Source of the DNA: Octopus vulgaris
Lineage: Eukaryota
NCBI GenBank assembly: GCA_951406725.2
Contig: OX597818.1
Coordinates: 11,656,001 to 11,720,000 of the forward strand
Direction of reading: 5' to 3'
DNA length: 64,000 nucleotides
The position numbers and the translations under genes were made by a program. The notes below the pieces were generated by a model. It was not told where the DNA came from, ran no database searches, and was given only the letters and a program-made list of their open reading frames with translations. Positions 1 to 13,085 of the stretch are shown here, one piece after another; position 1 is the first letter of the stretch, and every line of letters begins with the position of its first letter.

Positions 1-449
1 AATGTGTAATGGTCTGCGAGGACAAAAGCATTAAAGAAATTTGTGAAAGGGCTCTGCTCCGAAACGTCAGATCTACTTCTCCTCATGACATCCCACCCTA
101 TTTTACTTTACATATTTAAAATACATTTCTATTTTGTTTTTCCGTTCTTACTGTTGATGTTCCATTGTTGTTGGACCCCAGATCAGCCCTAACAGAAAAC
201 AGTCATGATCAAAGCAGTTCCCGTAATGACTTTCCATTATTTCCCCACAAAATTACACTACTTAATATATACCTCTTTTCCAGTATGTTAGAATATTATT
301 TTAGGATGTTTTTTTTTGTCTAAAAAGATCAAGTGACTGAGTACATGCTTCCTTGTTGGTACCGTCTTTATCATGTGGCTGGTTGATTTGATTTGCTACC
401 GAACAAATCTGTTTAGAAATCATATTTATAAATTCTGATTCATAAATTA

Positions 450-590
450 TACTCTCTCTCACACGCACACACATCCACCCATCCATCCATACATACATAC
501 ACATATACATACATATACACATACATACATACATACATACATACATACATACATACATACATACATACGAATATGTATATGTGTGTATAT
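450..590. repeat. compound microsatellite (CT/CA/CCAT/CATA)n
   Basis: Visible simple repeats; explains ORF 301..558. Confidence 0.95.
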
Positions 591-592
591 AT

Positions 593-1302
<710 letters not shown>

Positions 1303-1944
1303 AAATTGAAAATGGAGTAAGCAGGACATGAGGAGACACTGGGACAGAGAGTCACTGGGACAAACAATCACTAATGGAGTCACAGAATGTGTGACAAAAG
1401 AACTTTGAGAAACACATAAACTAAAAATAATACGAATGAAAACTGAGGTGAAGATCAAATATATAGTGCGTGCTTTATTGGCAAAAAAGCAAAAAAAAAA
1501 AAAAGAAAATGGCCATTCTCAGTATAACTATATATATATATATTAACAGCCCTCATCGTTTGTTTTTACTGTGTTATTCTTCTTGTCCTGTCTTTTACTG
1601 TTTTTATTTGTATTGTTTTTACTGTCCTATTCTTGTTACCATTTTTATCCCTCCGCAAAAAATTCCAAATTTTATTTAATTTGCTTTGCGGGAAGGACTG
1701 TTTCAATGAAGTCGCGTCTTGTCCTTACCTTTGAAATGCGGAGTAGAGGGAACATGGACAACTGAAGAAGGGGAATATTCCTTGTGTTGTATGTTCATTT
1801 CCATGTTTGTTTCTATGTTTTCATTTCTCATTGTGTTCAACGTTTTTTTGGCGCCCTGTACCCATATATGCATGTATATATACATATAGATGTAGGTATG
1901 TACATATATATATATGTATATATGCATATTTTTATATGCAAAAT

Positions 1945-3082
1945 TATTTTAATATGGGGTAGGACCGCCTTTGGCAGTAATTACAGCTTGAATTCTACGA
2001 GGTATGGACTCGTACAAAGTTTGAATTGTTTCCAAAGGAATTTTTGTCCATTCTTCAGCTAAAACAGTCTTCAGTTCTTGTGATGATGGTGGAGGATATC
2101 GGTTCCTTACTTGTTTTTCTAAAATGCACCATAAATGTGTGAATTGGTGCATTATCATCCTGAAAGATTGAGTTTCCCTCTGGAAACAGTTCCGCAACCA
2201 TGGGATGAATTTGACCAGATAAAATGCTTAAATAGTCTTGACTATTAATTCTGCCATGAAGGGAAACCATTAGGCCGGTGGATTTCCTAGATATAGCCCC
2301 TCAGATCATCACAGATCTTGCTCCATGTTTAACAGTTGGAAGAAGGTAGTCTGGATCAAATGCTCCTTTTGGTTGTCTCCACACGTATACTCGGGCGTTG
2401 GTCGGAAATAAGGTAAAGGATGACTCGTCCGAGAAAATAACATTCTTCCACTGCTCTAGGGACCAATTCTGTAGGTTTTTACTTCACTCTAAACGCTTTG
2501 GAACGTTTGTTTTTGAAAGTAGTGGTTTTCTGATTGCAGCCTTTCCGTGAAATCCGGCTTTGTGCAACTCCTAGCGAACAGTTTTTGTGGAAACTGGGTT
2601 CTCAAGGTAGTCATTAAGCTCTGCAGTAATTTTGTGAGCTGTACTTTTGTGATCCTTTCTAACAATTCGCGTAACAGTCCGACGGTCCTTATCTGAAGGT
2701 TTTGGCTTTTTTTTTTCCAGAGTTTCGTTTCGACGAGGAGGTTCTTCTATCTTTCTCAAAGGCTGTTATTACATTACATTCGGGGCAGTACTTCTTGATG
2801 CATCAAACATTTCGGCTGTTTTAGTTACGCTAGCGCCTGCCATACGAACACAAGCAATTTGACCTCTTTGAAAGTCCGATAGACCTGTCATTTTAATGAA
2901 TTTTAATTACCTTTTTCTGATGATATCTGAAAAGAAACTGCAACGTTAGCAAAACATATTAAGCAACACAAATAATAAACAAAAAAAAACATAAAAATAA
3001 ACAAGCTTTTGACGGTTTTATAGATATTTCAAAATTATAATGCAATGATGCGAGGTGTTTCCATTATTTTGTCCAACCTCTG
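1945..3082 (-). mobile_element. Tc1-like DNA transposon, decayed transposase
   Basis: Minus strand: TA|CAGAGGTTGGACAAAATAATGGAAACACC terminus at 3082; ATG at 2891 gives MTGLSDFQRGQIACVRMAGASVTKTAEMF; W.NVIFSDESSF; FQDDNAPIH; C-terminus LYESIPRRIQAVITAKGGPTPY. Frameshifts and deletions; second TIR not seen. Confidence 0.9.
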
Positions 3083-3149
3083 TATATATAGTAGAATAAG
3101 AAATAAAAAGTCCTTGGCACAGTATTATATATTTTTAAAAAATTAACAG

Positions 3150-3258
3150 AGATGGCTTTTCTGATAACTTTTCCACTTTAATAATTAGATGTTTATATAC
3201 TTGTCAACTTATAGACATTTAATTATTAAAGTGGAAAAATTATCTGAAAACCCATTTC
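3150..3258. repeat. AT-rich imperfect palindrome (fold-back)
   Basis: ttttctgataacttttccactttaataattagatgtttata pairs with tatagacatttaattattaaagtggaaaaattatctgaaaa. Confidence 0.85.
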
Positions 3259-3263
3259 TATTC

Positions 3264-3386
<123 letters not shown>

Positions 3387-3390
3387 ATAT

Positions 3391-3814
3391 AAACATTTGT
3401 TTTTTATATGCGCTGAAATGTTTCCTGTAAGATACAAATAAGATGATAATTTATTTTCAAACGCAGAAACGCCGTTAGAAGATCAGAAATATTGGGTATA
3501 TTAACCCTTACAAAGCAGACAAATTTGTTGACAAACAACCGTGGGACCCGAACCCACATCTCTTGAAGACTCCGATCAAGTGCTTTACCATTAAATTAAA
3601 CTGCCCACTGACAAATTAATCCGCTATTTAGACGGTATAAAGCTGAATGTACAGCTACGTGAATATAATTATAAACAGACATTTGTTTTTCATAAGTGTC
3701 GAAATGTGTACTGTAAGATACAAATAAGATGATAATTTATTTTCAAATGTAGAAACACCGTTAGAAGACCAGAAATATTAGGTAAATAATCCTTACAAAG
3801 CAAAAGAATATTTG
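3391..3814. repeat. two ~140 bp diverged direct repeats (3391-3531, 3677-3814) flanking a tRNA-like segment
   Basis: Shared 'ctgtaagatacaaataagatgataatttattttcaaa...ccgttagaaga.cagaaatatt...ccttacaaagca'. Confidence 0.85.
3534..3605 (-). pseudogene. tRNA-like sequence (tRNA pseudogene or SINE head)
   Basis: Minus strand ggcagtt-taatttaatggtaaagca-cttga[tcggagtct]tcaag-agat-gtggg[ttcgggt]cccac-ggttgtt; cloverleaf with GU-rich acceptor stem and an abnormal 9-nt anticodon loop. Confidence 0.55.
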
Positions 3815-3920
3815 AATAAGAAAAAGAGATGACTCAGGAAAAACAATCGTTATGAACTTCAAAACCATTGTTTTTTCTGTCATCTCTTTTCCCTGTATAT
3901 ATATATATATATATATATAT

Positions 3921-4035
<115 letters not shown>

Positions 4036-4049
4036 CATATATATATATA

Positions 4050-4290
4050 TTCTTTTATTTGTTTCAGTCATTTGACTACGGCATTGCTAGAGCACCGCCT
4101 TTAGTCGAACAAATCGCGTTATTTTATCGGTCTCTTTTACCGAAACGCTAGGTTACGGAGACGTGAACGCACCAACATCGGTGTCAAGCGATGGTGAGGG
4201 GACACAGTCACAGATACATATACACCCCCCCACACACACACGCACACACATGTATATATGTGGCGGCCTTCTTTCAGTTTCCATCTACTA
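4050..4290 (-). mobile_element. SINE (family of 14130-14580), partial
   Basis: 'gtttcagtcatttgactacggcattgctagagcaccgcctttagtcga...ggccttctttcagtttccatctac'. Confidence 0.85.
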
Positions 4291-4689
4291 AAGGATTGGA
4301 TTTGAAGTAGATTTATTATGTATTGGTAGAGGCTTTGTCGGATCACATCTATGCAGTCGATCCACTACGTAAGAAACGGCAACCAAATATCCCTTATTTT
4401 TCATTTTATCGTGTTTTAAAACACAAAAGATGAACCCATTGGATAATGTGATATTGTTATCCTAAAGACACTGTTATCAAAAGAAGTCCTCACTAACTTT
4501 TCCTTTTTGCAACATAAAAGTGGCATGAATAAGATTAATGTTTTCCAAAAAATGTTTTCTGAAAAAAATCTACTTCAAAGAGTCGAGTGATCAATTGTAC
4601 CGCAGAATGGTTTGAATAGTGTAGTCTTTGAACAAAAAGAGACTCAGATAGCTAGGTCAAGCACTCAAAATGGACCGGGACGGGATAGT

Positions 4690-4885
4690 AAGGGTAACAT
4701 TATGATGAACACTCCCTGACAAACGAAAGCCTGGATGGCCAAAGAAAACCTTGCGTAGAATAGTTGATGATGAGCTGAGTGCAATTCATCTTACATGAGG
4801 CAAGGCACAATGAGTTGCTAAAGACTAGTCTAAATGGCATCCAACCGTTGAAACATCATTTCCCAGCTGAAAAGAAGAGAATTAA
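4690..4885 (+). mobile_element. RTE-type LINE 3' end relic
   Basis: Decayed 'G.PKKTLRRIVDDEL...AKD.SKW' C-terminal motif followed by a (TAA)n tail. Confidence 0.55.
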
Positions 4886-4899
4886 TAATAATAATAATA

Positions 4900-5115
4900 A
4901 TCCTTTCTACTATAACCACAAGGCCTGAAATTTCAGGAGAGGAGACTAGTCGATTAGATCGACCCCAGTGCTCGACTGATACTTATTTCATCGACCCCGA
5001 AAGGATAATAGGCAAAGTCAACCCCGGCAGAATTTGAACTCAGAATGTAAAATTGGACGAAATACCGATCAGCATTTCGCCCGGCGTGCTAACGATTCTG
5101 CCGGCTCGCTGCCTT
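4900..5115 (-). mobile_element. tRNA-derived SINE (family of 47023-47252)
   Basis: Reverse complement of 'ggcagcgagccggcagaatcgttagcacgccgggcgaaatgc...ttctgagttcaaattctgcc...tttcggggtcgat...atagtagaaagga'. Confidence 0.85.
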
Positions 5116-5151
5116 AATAACAATTACAACAACAACAACAACAACAATAAC

Positions 5152-5218
<67 letters not shown>
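5115..5218. repeat. (CAA)n/(TAA)n microsatellite
   Basis: Visible trinucleotide tract. Confidence 0.95.
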
Positions 5219-5219
<1 letters not shown>

Positions 5220-5606
5220 CTCTAATATCTACAACTGCTGTGAATACCTATCCTTTCCTTTCTCCCTGAGTATTCGAAAATATAAACATCATCCTCCTTT
5301 TTATTCTAAGAGCACTACCATTTCTCTCTGTGCGGTCATACAAAAGACCATATTTAGTAAATCTTAAAACTTTACTATCTACAACTCGTTTTCTTTTTGT
5401 CTCGCCTTGATTAAACATCTTTTCATCGCAAAAGTACTACTGTATTCTCCAACTGGACAGACAAACAAACATTTCAAGAAAACTTAAAAACTTTAATATA
5501 TTAACCAAATATGTAAGCATACGTTGTATTGCAACAACACAACTGAATTCAGAAATTCAAAAATTCAACGACGTGAATATCAGTATATATATATATATAT
5601 ATATAG

Positions 5607-5724
<118 letters not shown>

Positions 5725-6339
5725 ATACATATACATACATGCATACATACATACATACATATATTATTGTTTTTTTCTTCCAGTAATTACAAATAGAACT
5801 GGTTAAATTGCTTCTTTCAAGGCCAAAAGGCAGCGCTCTCAGTGGTCACTGGTAGTAGTAAACACATTTGACCTCTGCTGACCCAAAGGGATCGAAGATT
5901 CTTTTGTCTCTATGGCTGACCTCCCCCACCATTTGCCGAATCTATTTATAGACCTGTAGAATTTGATCTATTCACCAAGCTGCTACCCAGCTATTTCATT
6001 CAACAACCACATATTTATGATTATCTCAAATACAAGACAAAAGTTGAAAATAAAGAACATTCAAAGAAATCGTTTAATAATAAATGGAAATAGTAATAAT
6101 GGTAATAACAATAATAGTGGAGATGGTGATGATGATAAAAATAAAAATAATAATAATATGCTGCAGCTGATAATACTACGACTACTACTACTCTGACAGC
6201 ACAGGAACCTGAGGCCCAACTACCACCCTTACCACTACCCCACCCTGCTACTGTTGCTGTTGCTGCCACCACTACTGCTGCTACACATAAAACAATAATA
6301 TCAGTGAAATCAGTGATGATAATAATAGTAATAATAATA

Positions 6340-9300
6340 AATAAAGGAAATGGATGGAGTCTTCCCATGGCCTGATTAATGATAAAACTAGTGATGATGT
6401 CACAATAAAAACACTGGTAATAGCGCAACCTGATAATCGTTTCCTCGTATGAGGGACAATGAAAAAACAAAATATTGTGAATAACGGTGGTAATGAAACC
6501 GAAGCCAATGATGATAACAATGTTGCACCCGGTAGGCTCAGAGATTCTGGTCAGGCTCCAGCCTGTCGATATACAGAAAGGGACCACCACACACGACATA
6601 GATGGAGCAAGCAGATTAATGCTGTGGTCATGGAGTGTTACTACCTGAGCAACCCGGTAGATGAAAATGGTGCTCAAATCAGGGGTTACCAACAACGTAT
6701 ATATGATCATTGGAGAGAAAAGGGATTGTTTCAACTCACGGAACAGAGACTATGTAATCAAGCTGGAGCAATAAGAAAACTCGTTGGTTCACAGAAGCAG
6801 AGCTCGAAGCTATCAAAAGACGGGTCTTGGAAAATAGCAGCAGAGATAACGATGAAAATACAGTTCTTACTAATAAGAATAATCTCGTAGCACAGGAAAG
6901 GAGCAGTGGTAGCTTACTTGATGAGAGACATATAGATGATCTAAAAGAAGACAATAAAACTCATTGTAATATGACAGATGAACAAAAGGCAATCTACGAC
7001 AGAATAAAGGCAAGACTACAGGAGAACGATAGCGACATTATTTGCAAACTTTAAAAGGTTGATCGATGGAAACTGAACCAAGAAACTAAATGTGTCAATG
7101 AAATTCTGAAATACATCAGAACAAACATCACAGAAACAAATAATTTGATCAATGCAGCAAGCATTGTTGTAGCAGAAAACGTGGGTATTGATGTCAAGAA
7201 AAAGAAACACAAGGTGAGTGTCAAAAGAAAAGATCCATGGTGGAAAAGAAGAATACAGGCAGGGTTAGATATGCAGGGTTAAATGAGCAACTGGAAGGCC
7301 CCGGGACCAGATGGAGTTCAAGGCTACTGGATCAAAAGATTTGGTGAATGTCATGCACGAATAGCTGCGCAACTCAACACCTTGTCAAAAGCCGACCACG
7401 TAATACCAGAAAGAAATTTCTGTATTAGACCGAAAAGAGAAAGTGGAGCTTAAAAGCGAACAAAAGGAGAGGGCGCTGAAAAGGAAGTATAATATTGAAA
7501 GGACCTGAAAGTGGTAATGGAGGAACTGAAACAGCGCCTAGCTGCAAAGAAAGCAAAGATGGTAAGATGTGACCAAAGAATGAAGGGTTACCACCAGAAT
7601 AGGTTATTCAGAGTAGACCAGAAGAGATTCTATATAGAATAAATGGAGAGTGTACATATGAAAAGTTGATACCAGATAACAATGAAAGTCAAAGGTTTTG
7701 GAGTGACATCTGGAGGAAAGACAAGGAGCACAAGAAGGATGCCAAATGGTTGCAAGAACTGAAACAAATAGTAATCTGTCTAAAACAGGCAGAACTAGTC
7801 ATTTCAGTTAGGCTACTGGATCAAAAGATTTGGTGAATGTCATGCACGTATAGCTGCGCAACTCAACACCTTGTCAAAAGCCGACCACGTAATACCAGAG
7901 TGGTTGACATTGGGTAGGACAGTGCTGTGCTTGAAAAACATCGAAAAAGTCAATACGGTAGACAATTACAGGCCGATATCCTGTCTTCCACTTATGTGGA
8001 AATTATTGACTGGAATACTCGCAGAGTCAATGTAGGAGCATCTGGAAAAATAAATGGAGTCCTGCCACATGAGCAGAAGGGTTGCAAGCGTAAGTGCAGA
8101 GATACCAAGGATCAACTCCTGATAGACAAAACTGTACTTAGGAACTGCAAGAGGAAGAAAAGTAACTTAGCTATGTCATGGATTGACTATCGTAAGGCGT
8201 ACGATATGATTCCACATTCTTGGATTATGGAATGTATGAACCTATTTAGTATTGCATCGAATGTTGAACGATTGCTTAGAAAAAGTATGGCTAATTGGAG
8301 GACGGACCTGATAGCATACAGAACAAGTTTAGGAACAGTAGAAATCAGGAGGGGCATCTTCCAAGGGGACTGCCTGTTCCCTCTGATCTTTGTACTGTGC
8401 TTGATACCACTAACAGTGATTCTGAGGAAAGCAAAAGCTGGGTATGTATTCAAAAGCCGCCAACAAAAAGTCAGCCATTTGTTATTCATGGATAAACTTA
8501 AACTTTATGGTAAAGATGAAGTCCAAGTCATTTCCCTCGTTGATACGGTGTATAGCTTTAGTGCTGATATCAGAATGGAGTTCAGACTGAGAAAGTGTGA
8601 TGTGCTAGTCTTGAAGAGAGGAAAAATCAAATGTATGGAGGGGTTAACGATACCGTCGGGGGAGGTTATGAAGCAGATAGAAGAGACGGGCTATAAGTAC
8701 CTGGAAATAGATAAAGTGATGAAATTTAGGAAATGGATAAATTGATGGAGAAAGAAATGACAGAAAAATTTAAGGTGGAGTACTTGCTCAGACGGAGACT
8801 GATCATTAAGTCGAAATTAAACGGGCGGAAAAAGATTGAAGCTGTCAACACTTGGGCGGTTTCACTCCTTAGATATGGAGCAGGGGTAATCGCATGGACA
8901 ATAGACGAACTAAACAGCTTAGACAGAAAGACAGGGAAGTTACTGACTAGATATGGGACACTCCACCCAAAAAGTAACACAAACAGATTGCATGTACCAA
9001 GAAAAAGAGGGGGAAGAGGACTTATTGGATGCGAACACAGCATTAGAGCAGAAGAAAACAACATAGCATGGTATGTAAAAAAAGCCACAGAACCGTTATC
9101 ATTAGAAGTAAGAAGGTCAGGCTTGTGTAGGATGAAAGGTTACAAAGATAAATCACTGTACAAGCACTTGAGAATGAATGAAACTGAAAATAGGTGGGTA
9201 AAGAAAAGAATGCATGGGCAATTTCATAGGGATGTTGAAGAGAGAAAGGATGGCTGTGGATGACTAAAAGTGATTTAAAACCGGAAACGGAGGTTCTAAT

Positions 9301-9999
9301 CTGTACTGCCCAAGAGCAAGCACTAAGAACAAACTATATAAAATACAGAATAGACAACACATCAGAAAGTGATAAGTGCAGAATCTGTGGACAAAATTAT
9401 GAAACCGTATGGCAAATTACCAGCAAATGCACGCCACTAGCCCAGAAGGAATATAAGAGACGCCACGACAATATAGCCAGACTTGTCCATTGGACACTTT
9501 GCAACAAGTATGGACTTGACAGAGCAAAAAATTGGTACGACCACAAACCCGAAGGCACCATCGAAAATAAAAATGCAAAGAGCCTATGGGATTTTATGAT
9601 TCAGTGCTACCATGAGATAGAGAATAGGAAGCCAGACATAGTCTTAATTGAGAAAGAAAACAAACTATGCTGTATAATAGATATAGCATGCCCAGCAAAC
9701 AACAAGGAAGAAAGAAAAGTCGAAAGATATGATAGATTAGCTTGGGAAGTTAAGCAGTTGTGGTCAATGAAAAATGTAGTGGTAGTACCAATACAACACA
9801 GGAGTAAGCAAAAAATCTCGAGAAGTACTGGGAACAAATAGGGGCTGCAATAAGGGTAGAGCACTTGCAGAAAACAGCACTGCTTGGAACCACTCGAATA
9901 CTCCGGGAGGTGCTCGAAAAATAAGGTGATACCCTAGTTCACTGGTAGAGAATAGCTAACACCGTAGTACATCTCCAGCGTTAGAAGCTGTGCAAAGGT
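6340..9999 (+). mobile_element. R4/Dong-like non-LTR retrotransposon (RT + restriction-like endonuclease), near full-length, decayed
   Basis: N-terminus RHRWSKQIN..VMECYY; NWKAPGPDG; [15 protein letters not shown]; [13 protein letters not shown]; [12 protein letters not shown]; HLLFMD; CCHC-like CRICG..ETVWQITSKC; RRHD; KPDIVLI..IIDIACP; C-terminus QKTALLGTTRILREVLEK*. Flanked by (TAA)n, the known Dong target. Confidence 0.92.
6459..9924 (+). pseudogene. frameshifted RT-RLE polyprotein of the Dong-like element
   Basis: ORF pieces 6459-6890, 6827-7054, 7927-8745, 8733-9263 and 9260-9841 are colinear parts of one protein. Confidence 0.88.
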
Positions 10000-10003
10000 A
10001 ATA

Positions 10004-10102
<99 letters not shown>

Positions 10103-10260
10103 AACACCAGGACTTACAAACACATATAACATACAGAAAATTGCACTACTAGGCACTGCACACATCCTACGCAGAACACTTTCCATACAATAACCATCAG
10201 AGCATCACAACAAATCACAGCACATACCCAAGGCACACAGAGCTGCGCTCGGTAGTGAAG

Positions 10261-10316
<56 letters not shown>
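10000..10316. repeat. (TAA)n array hosting non-LTR insertions
   Basis: TAA tracts at 10000-10098 and 10264-10316. Confidence 0.95.
10099..10263 (+). mobile_element. 5'-truncated 3' end of a second R4/Dong-like family
   Basis: KTPGLTNTYNIQKIALLGTAHILRRTLSIQ* resembles the C-terminus at 9868-9924; short 3' UTR; (TAA)n on both sides. Confidence 0.85.
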
Positions 10317-10317
10317 C

Positions 10318-10560
10318 TTTTCTTTATTCACCACTGAGGGTTCAGTCAAAAGATTTTGGGGCGGCACGGTACAATACCACACAAATAGAGTGGGATTGGA
10401 GAGTGTAAAAACACATTAACAATAAAATTATAGCAATTAAATCCCCCAAACTGGGAGACTTCCAAGGCCTGCTCGTGGAAACACCACAAAAATCACGATC
10501 GCCCTGACCTCTAGGACAAATGCCCTCTCCACTTCATACACCCTCGATCTAGAGGTGTAT
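10318..10560 (-). mobile_element. 3' end of a Tx1/L1-like LINE related to 59840-61825
   Basis: 'tctttatt...ggtaca...cccccaaactgggag...gtggaaacaccacaaaaatcacgatcgccctgacc' resembles the reverse complement of 61630-61822. Confidence 0.55.
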
Positions 10561-10956
10561 GCTTAGAGCAGGTCTCTCCCAACATTGGCACGTAGCCAGA
10601 AATTTGTGGGAGCGGAAATAATCTTTTATATCGATCCCAATTCTTGACTAGTACTTTATTTTATTGGAAGGCAAAATCGATTTTGTGGGACGTACAACTG
10701 GAGATGAGTACCGTTCGCTTTTCTGTCAGTCTTCCGCTCTAGCATAAGTAATGATTATTGACAAAAATGCCCTGCCTTGCTTTAGGTCCACAAATTCATG
10801 ATAGATTTGGAGTAGCACCGTCATGATATGTGGTACTTCTTGAGCATATTTAGTCCTGGATGAACCCTTCCATTTCTAGGTCTAACCACATCTGCTTTCT
10901 TCCAGAAAGAAAGACAGACAGAAAGAGTGTGTGTGAGAGAGAGAGAAAGAGAGAGA

Positions 10957-11028
<72 letters not shown>

Positions 11029-12917
11029 GTACGGGTGCGCGCGCTCGTATGTGTGTGTGAGAGAGGGGGAGAAAAAGAAAAAGAAGATTGACACCAGCAC
11101 TGGTTAGGTACTTTATCGCTCCCGAAAGGAAGAAAAGCAAAGCTAACTTCGGTGGTATTTGAACTCACAACGATTATTGCAGGGAATTTTATTCTAGCCA
11201 ACATTTTAACAGTTCGGGCAATTCACCGTCTTACTAGAGAGAGGGTATACATGAAAAGAAAAAGAAAGATAAAAAGCAACAAATGCAGAATGGTTGCTTC
11301 TGGAATGACTTTGATATAGGTTTTCTTGATCAGAAATGATCTGGACCCTAACAACAAGCAACAATCATCAACAGTATCAAGTACCAGCATGGAGCGGTAC
11401 CTACACTCTATCTATCACTTGTACTACGATTGCTCGTACTACAAGCGATTGCAATCAGACTTTCCTCAGCTCACAAACTACAGTCCTACCAAAAGAAGTT
11501 GTGTTAATCTGTCTGAATAAAATCCAGTATGGTCACAGCTGTAATGACTTTGATCATAGGTCCATTCAATTAGGGATGTGATGTGATGCGGGGTTAAACA
11601 ACAATAGCACAAAAGGAGCTAAAACAATGTCCCTCAGGAGAGTGTTCTGTATACAGAGTCTCACATATGTGGTGTAATGAGTTTAAAAGTCTTCGGTTGA
11701 CAAAAATCTTCCATGCAATTCGTAAGTAGGAACTCCGGTTAACTGAGATTATTACTTTAATTAGTAGATAAAAACATTACCTAGATGGGTTTTTGCTTAC
11801 TAACTGCATGGCAAACCTAGGTTAATCGATTTTTAAAAAAAATTAATAGTAAAACCTTTCGTAAATCATGCATGTTTGTAAAGAAGACATTCACGTAAAT
11901 AAAAAAAATAATAAATGGTTAACGCACCCGTTTGGAATCGAAGAACACTGCCAGGGTAGAATCTTGAACATGTAGTGGCTAGTCCAATGTCAGCTCTTCT
12001 ACGATTTTGGCACCATCTGATCTGGGTCCAACAGCAGCAGTAGCAACATCTTCACGCTACTCATCATATGATCCTTCTGTGAGACATTCTATACGTTATA
12101 CACTGTATATGATATATCTAAATAAGGTTACTCTATGATTCTAAATTGGTTAATTTAATACAAGGCTACACCAGAAGTTTCTTTGGCCAGCTCGATCAGC
12201 CTGACCTAGGACTATTACGACAACAGCAAGGATGTTTTCTTGTTTTTACATGGCCTTGGCAGCCGTGGCTAAATCACTAAAGAACTAAAGAACACATCAA
12301 AGCTTCACAGCAAGTTTGTTTTCGAGAAGAGAATGTGGAAAGAATTATCAGAGAGAGAAAGAGAGAGTGGTATAAAGAGAGAGAATGGAATGAAAGTATT
12401 TATATTTGTGTACTCGTGTATGTGTGTATCTGCGTGTGCTTGTGTGTATGCATGTCTAAGATGCAGAGAAGGTGTGAGAAAGAAGAGAGAGTGAGATAGC
12501 GATAAATAGATAGATAAATTGAGAGGGAGAGAGAGAGAGCGAATGAAAGAAACTTTAAAATAGCAACACTTAGAATGGGTGATAGAAGAATAAAAATTGC
12601 GATGTTTGGATTTAATAATAAAAACAATGAATAACAACTAAAGAAAACCCTAACAACGAAGAAACACTGAGGCAAAATAAACAAATATGCGGTTAGAAAA
12701 GAGCAGCAATCAGTTCCAAGCCAGTAAACACCATTGACTATACGGTTATTTATGGACAATGCAGTGGTTGTTTGGAGAAACATCCAACTAATAAGATGTG
12801 TGACCGTTCTCTCTCTCCCTCTCTCCTTCTCTCTCTCTCTTTCTCATTCTTTCTTTTTCTTTCTGTTTACTTTTGACTGCTTCGTTCTCTTTTCATTTAT
12901 TCCACTGCACACGTCGT

Positions 12918-13085
12918 GAGAAGAAGAAGAAGAAGAAGAAGAAGAAGAAGAAGAAGAAGAAGAAGAAGAAGAAGAAGAAGAAGAAGAAGAAGGAGGTGGA
13001 GGAGATGATGAGGATTATGAGGATGATGATGACGCAAAAGAAGAAAAAGAAGAAGACGTGGAAGAAGGAAGAGGAGGAGGAGAAC
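12918..13085. repeat. (GAA)n/(GAG/GAT)n low-complexity tract
   Basis: Visible repeat; explains the poly-K and poly-L ORFs. Confidence 0.95.

Noticed and set aside
6350-6460. HDV-like ribozyme in the Dong 5' UTR (cgt-ttcctcgt-atg)
   Set aside because: No GG for P1.1 and no convincing P1/P2; better explained as a simple hairpin tcctcgtatgaggga
6021-6734. 237-aa hydrophobic ORF on the minus strand
   Set aside because: Antisense to the Dong 5' region plus trinucleotide low-complexity sequence
11326-11581. Overlapping 64-81 aa ORFs in complex sequence
   Set aside because: No recognisable domain or clear splice signals
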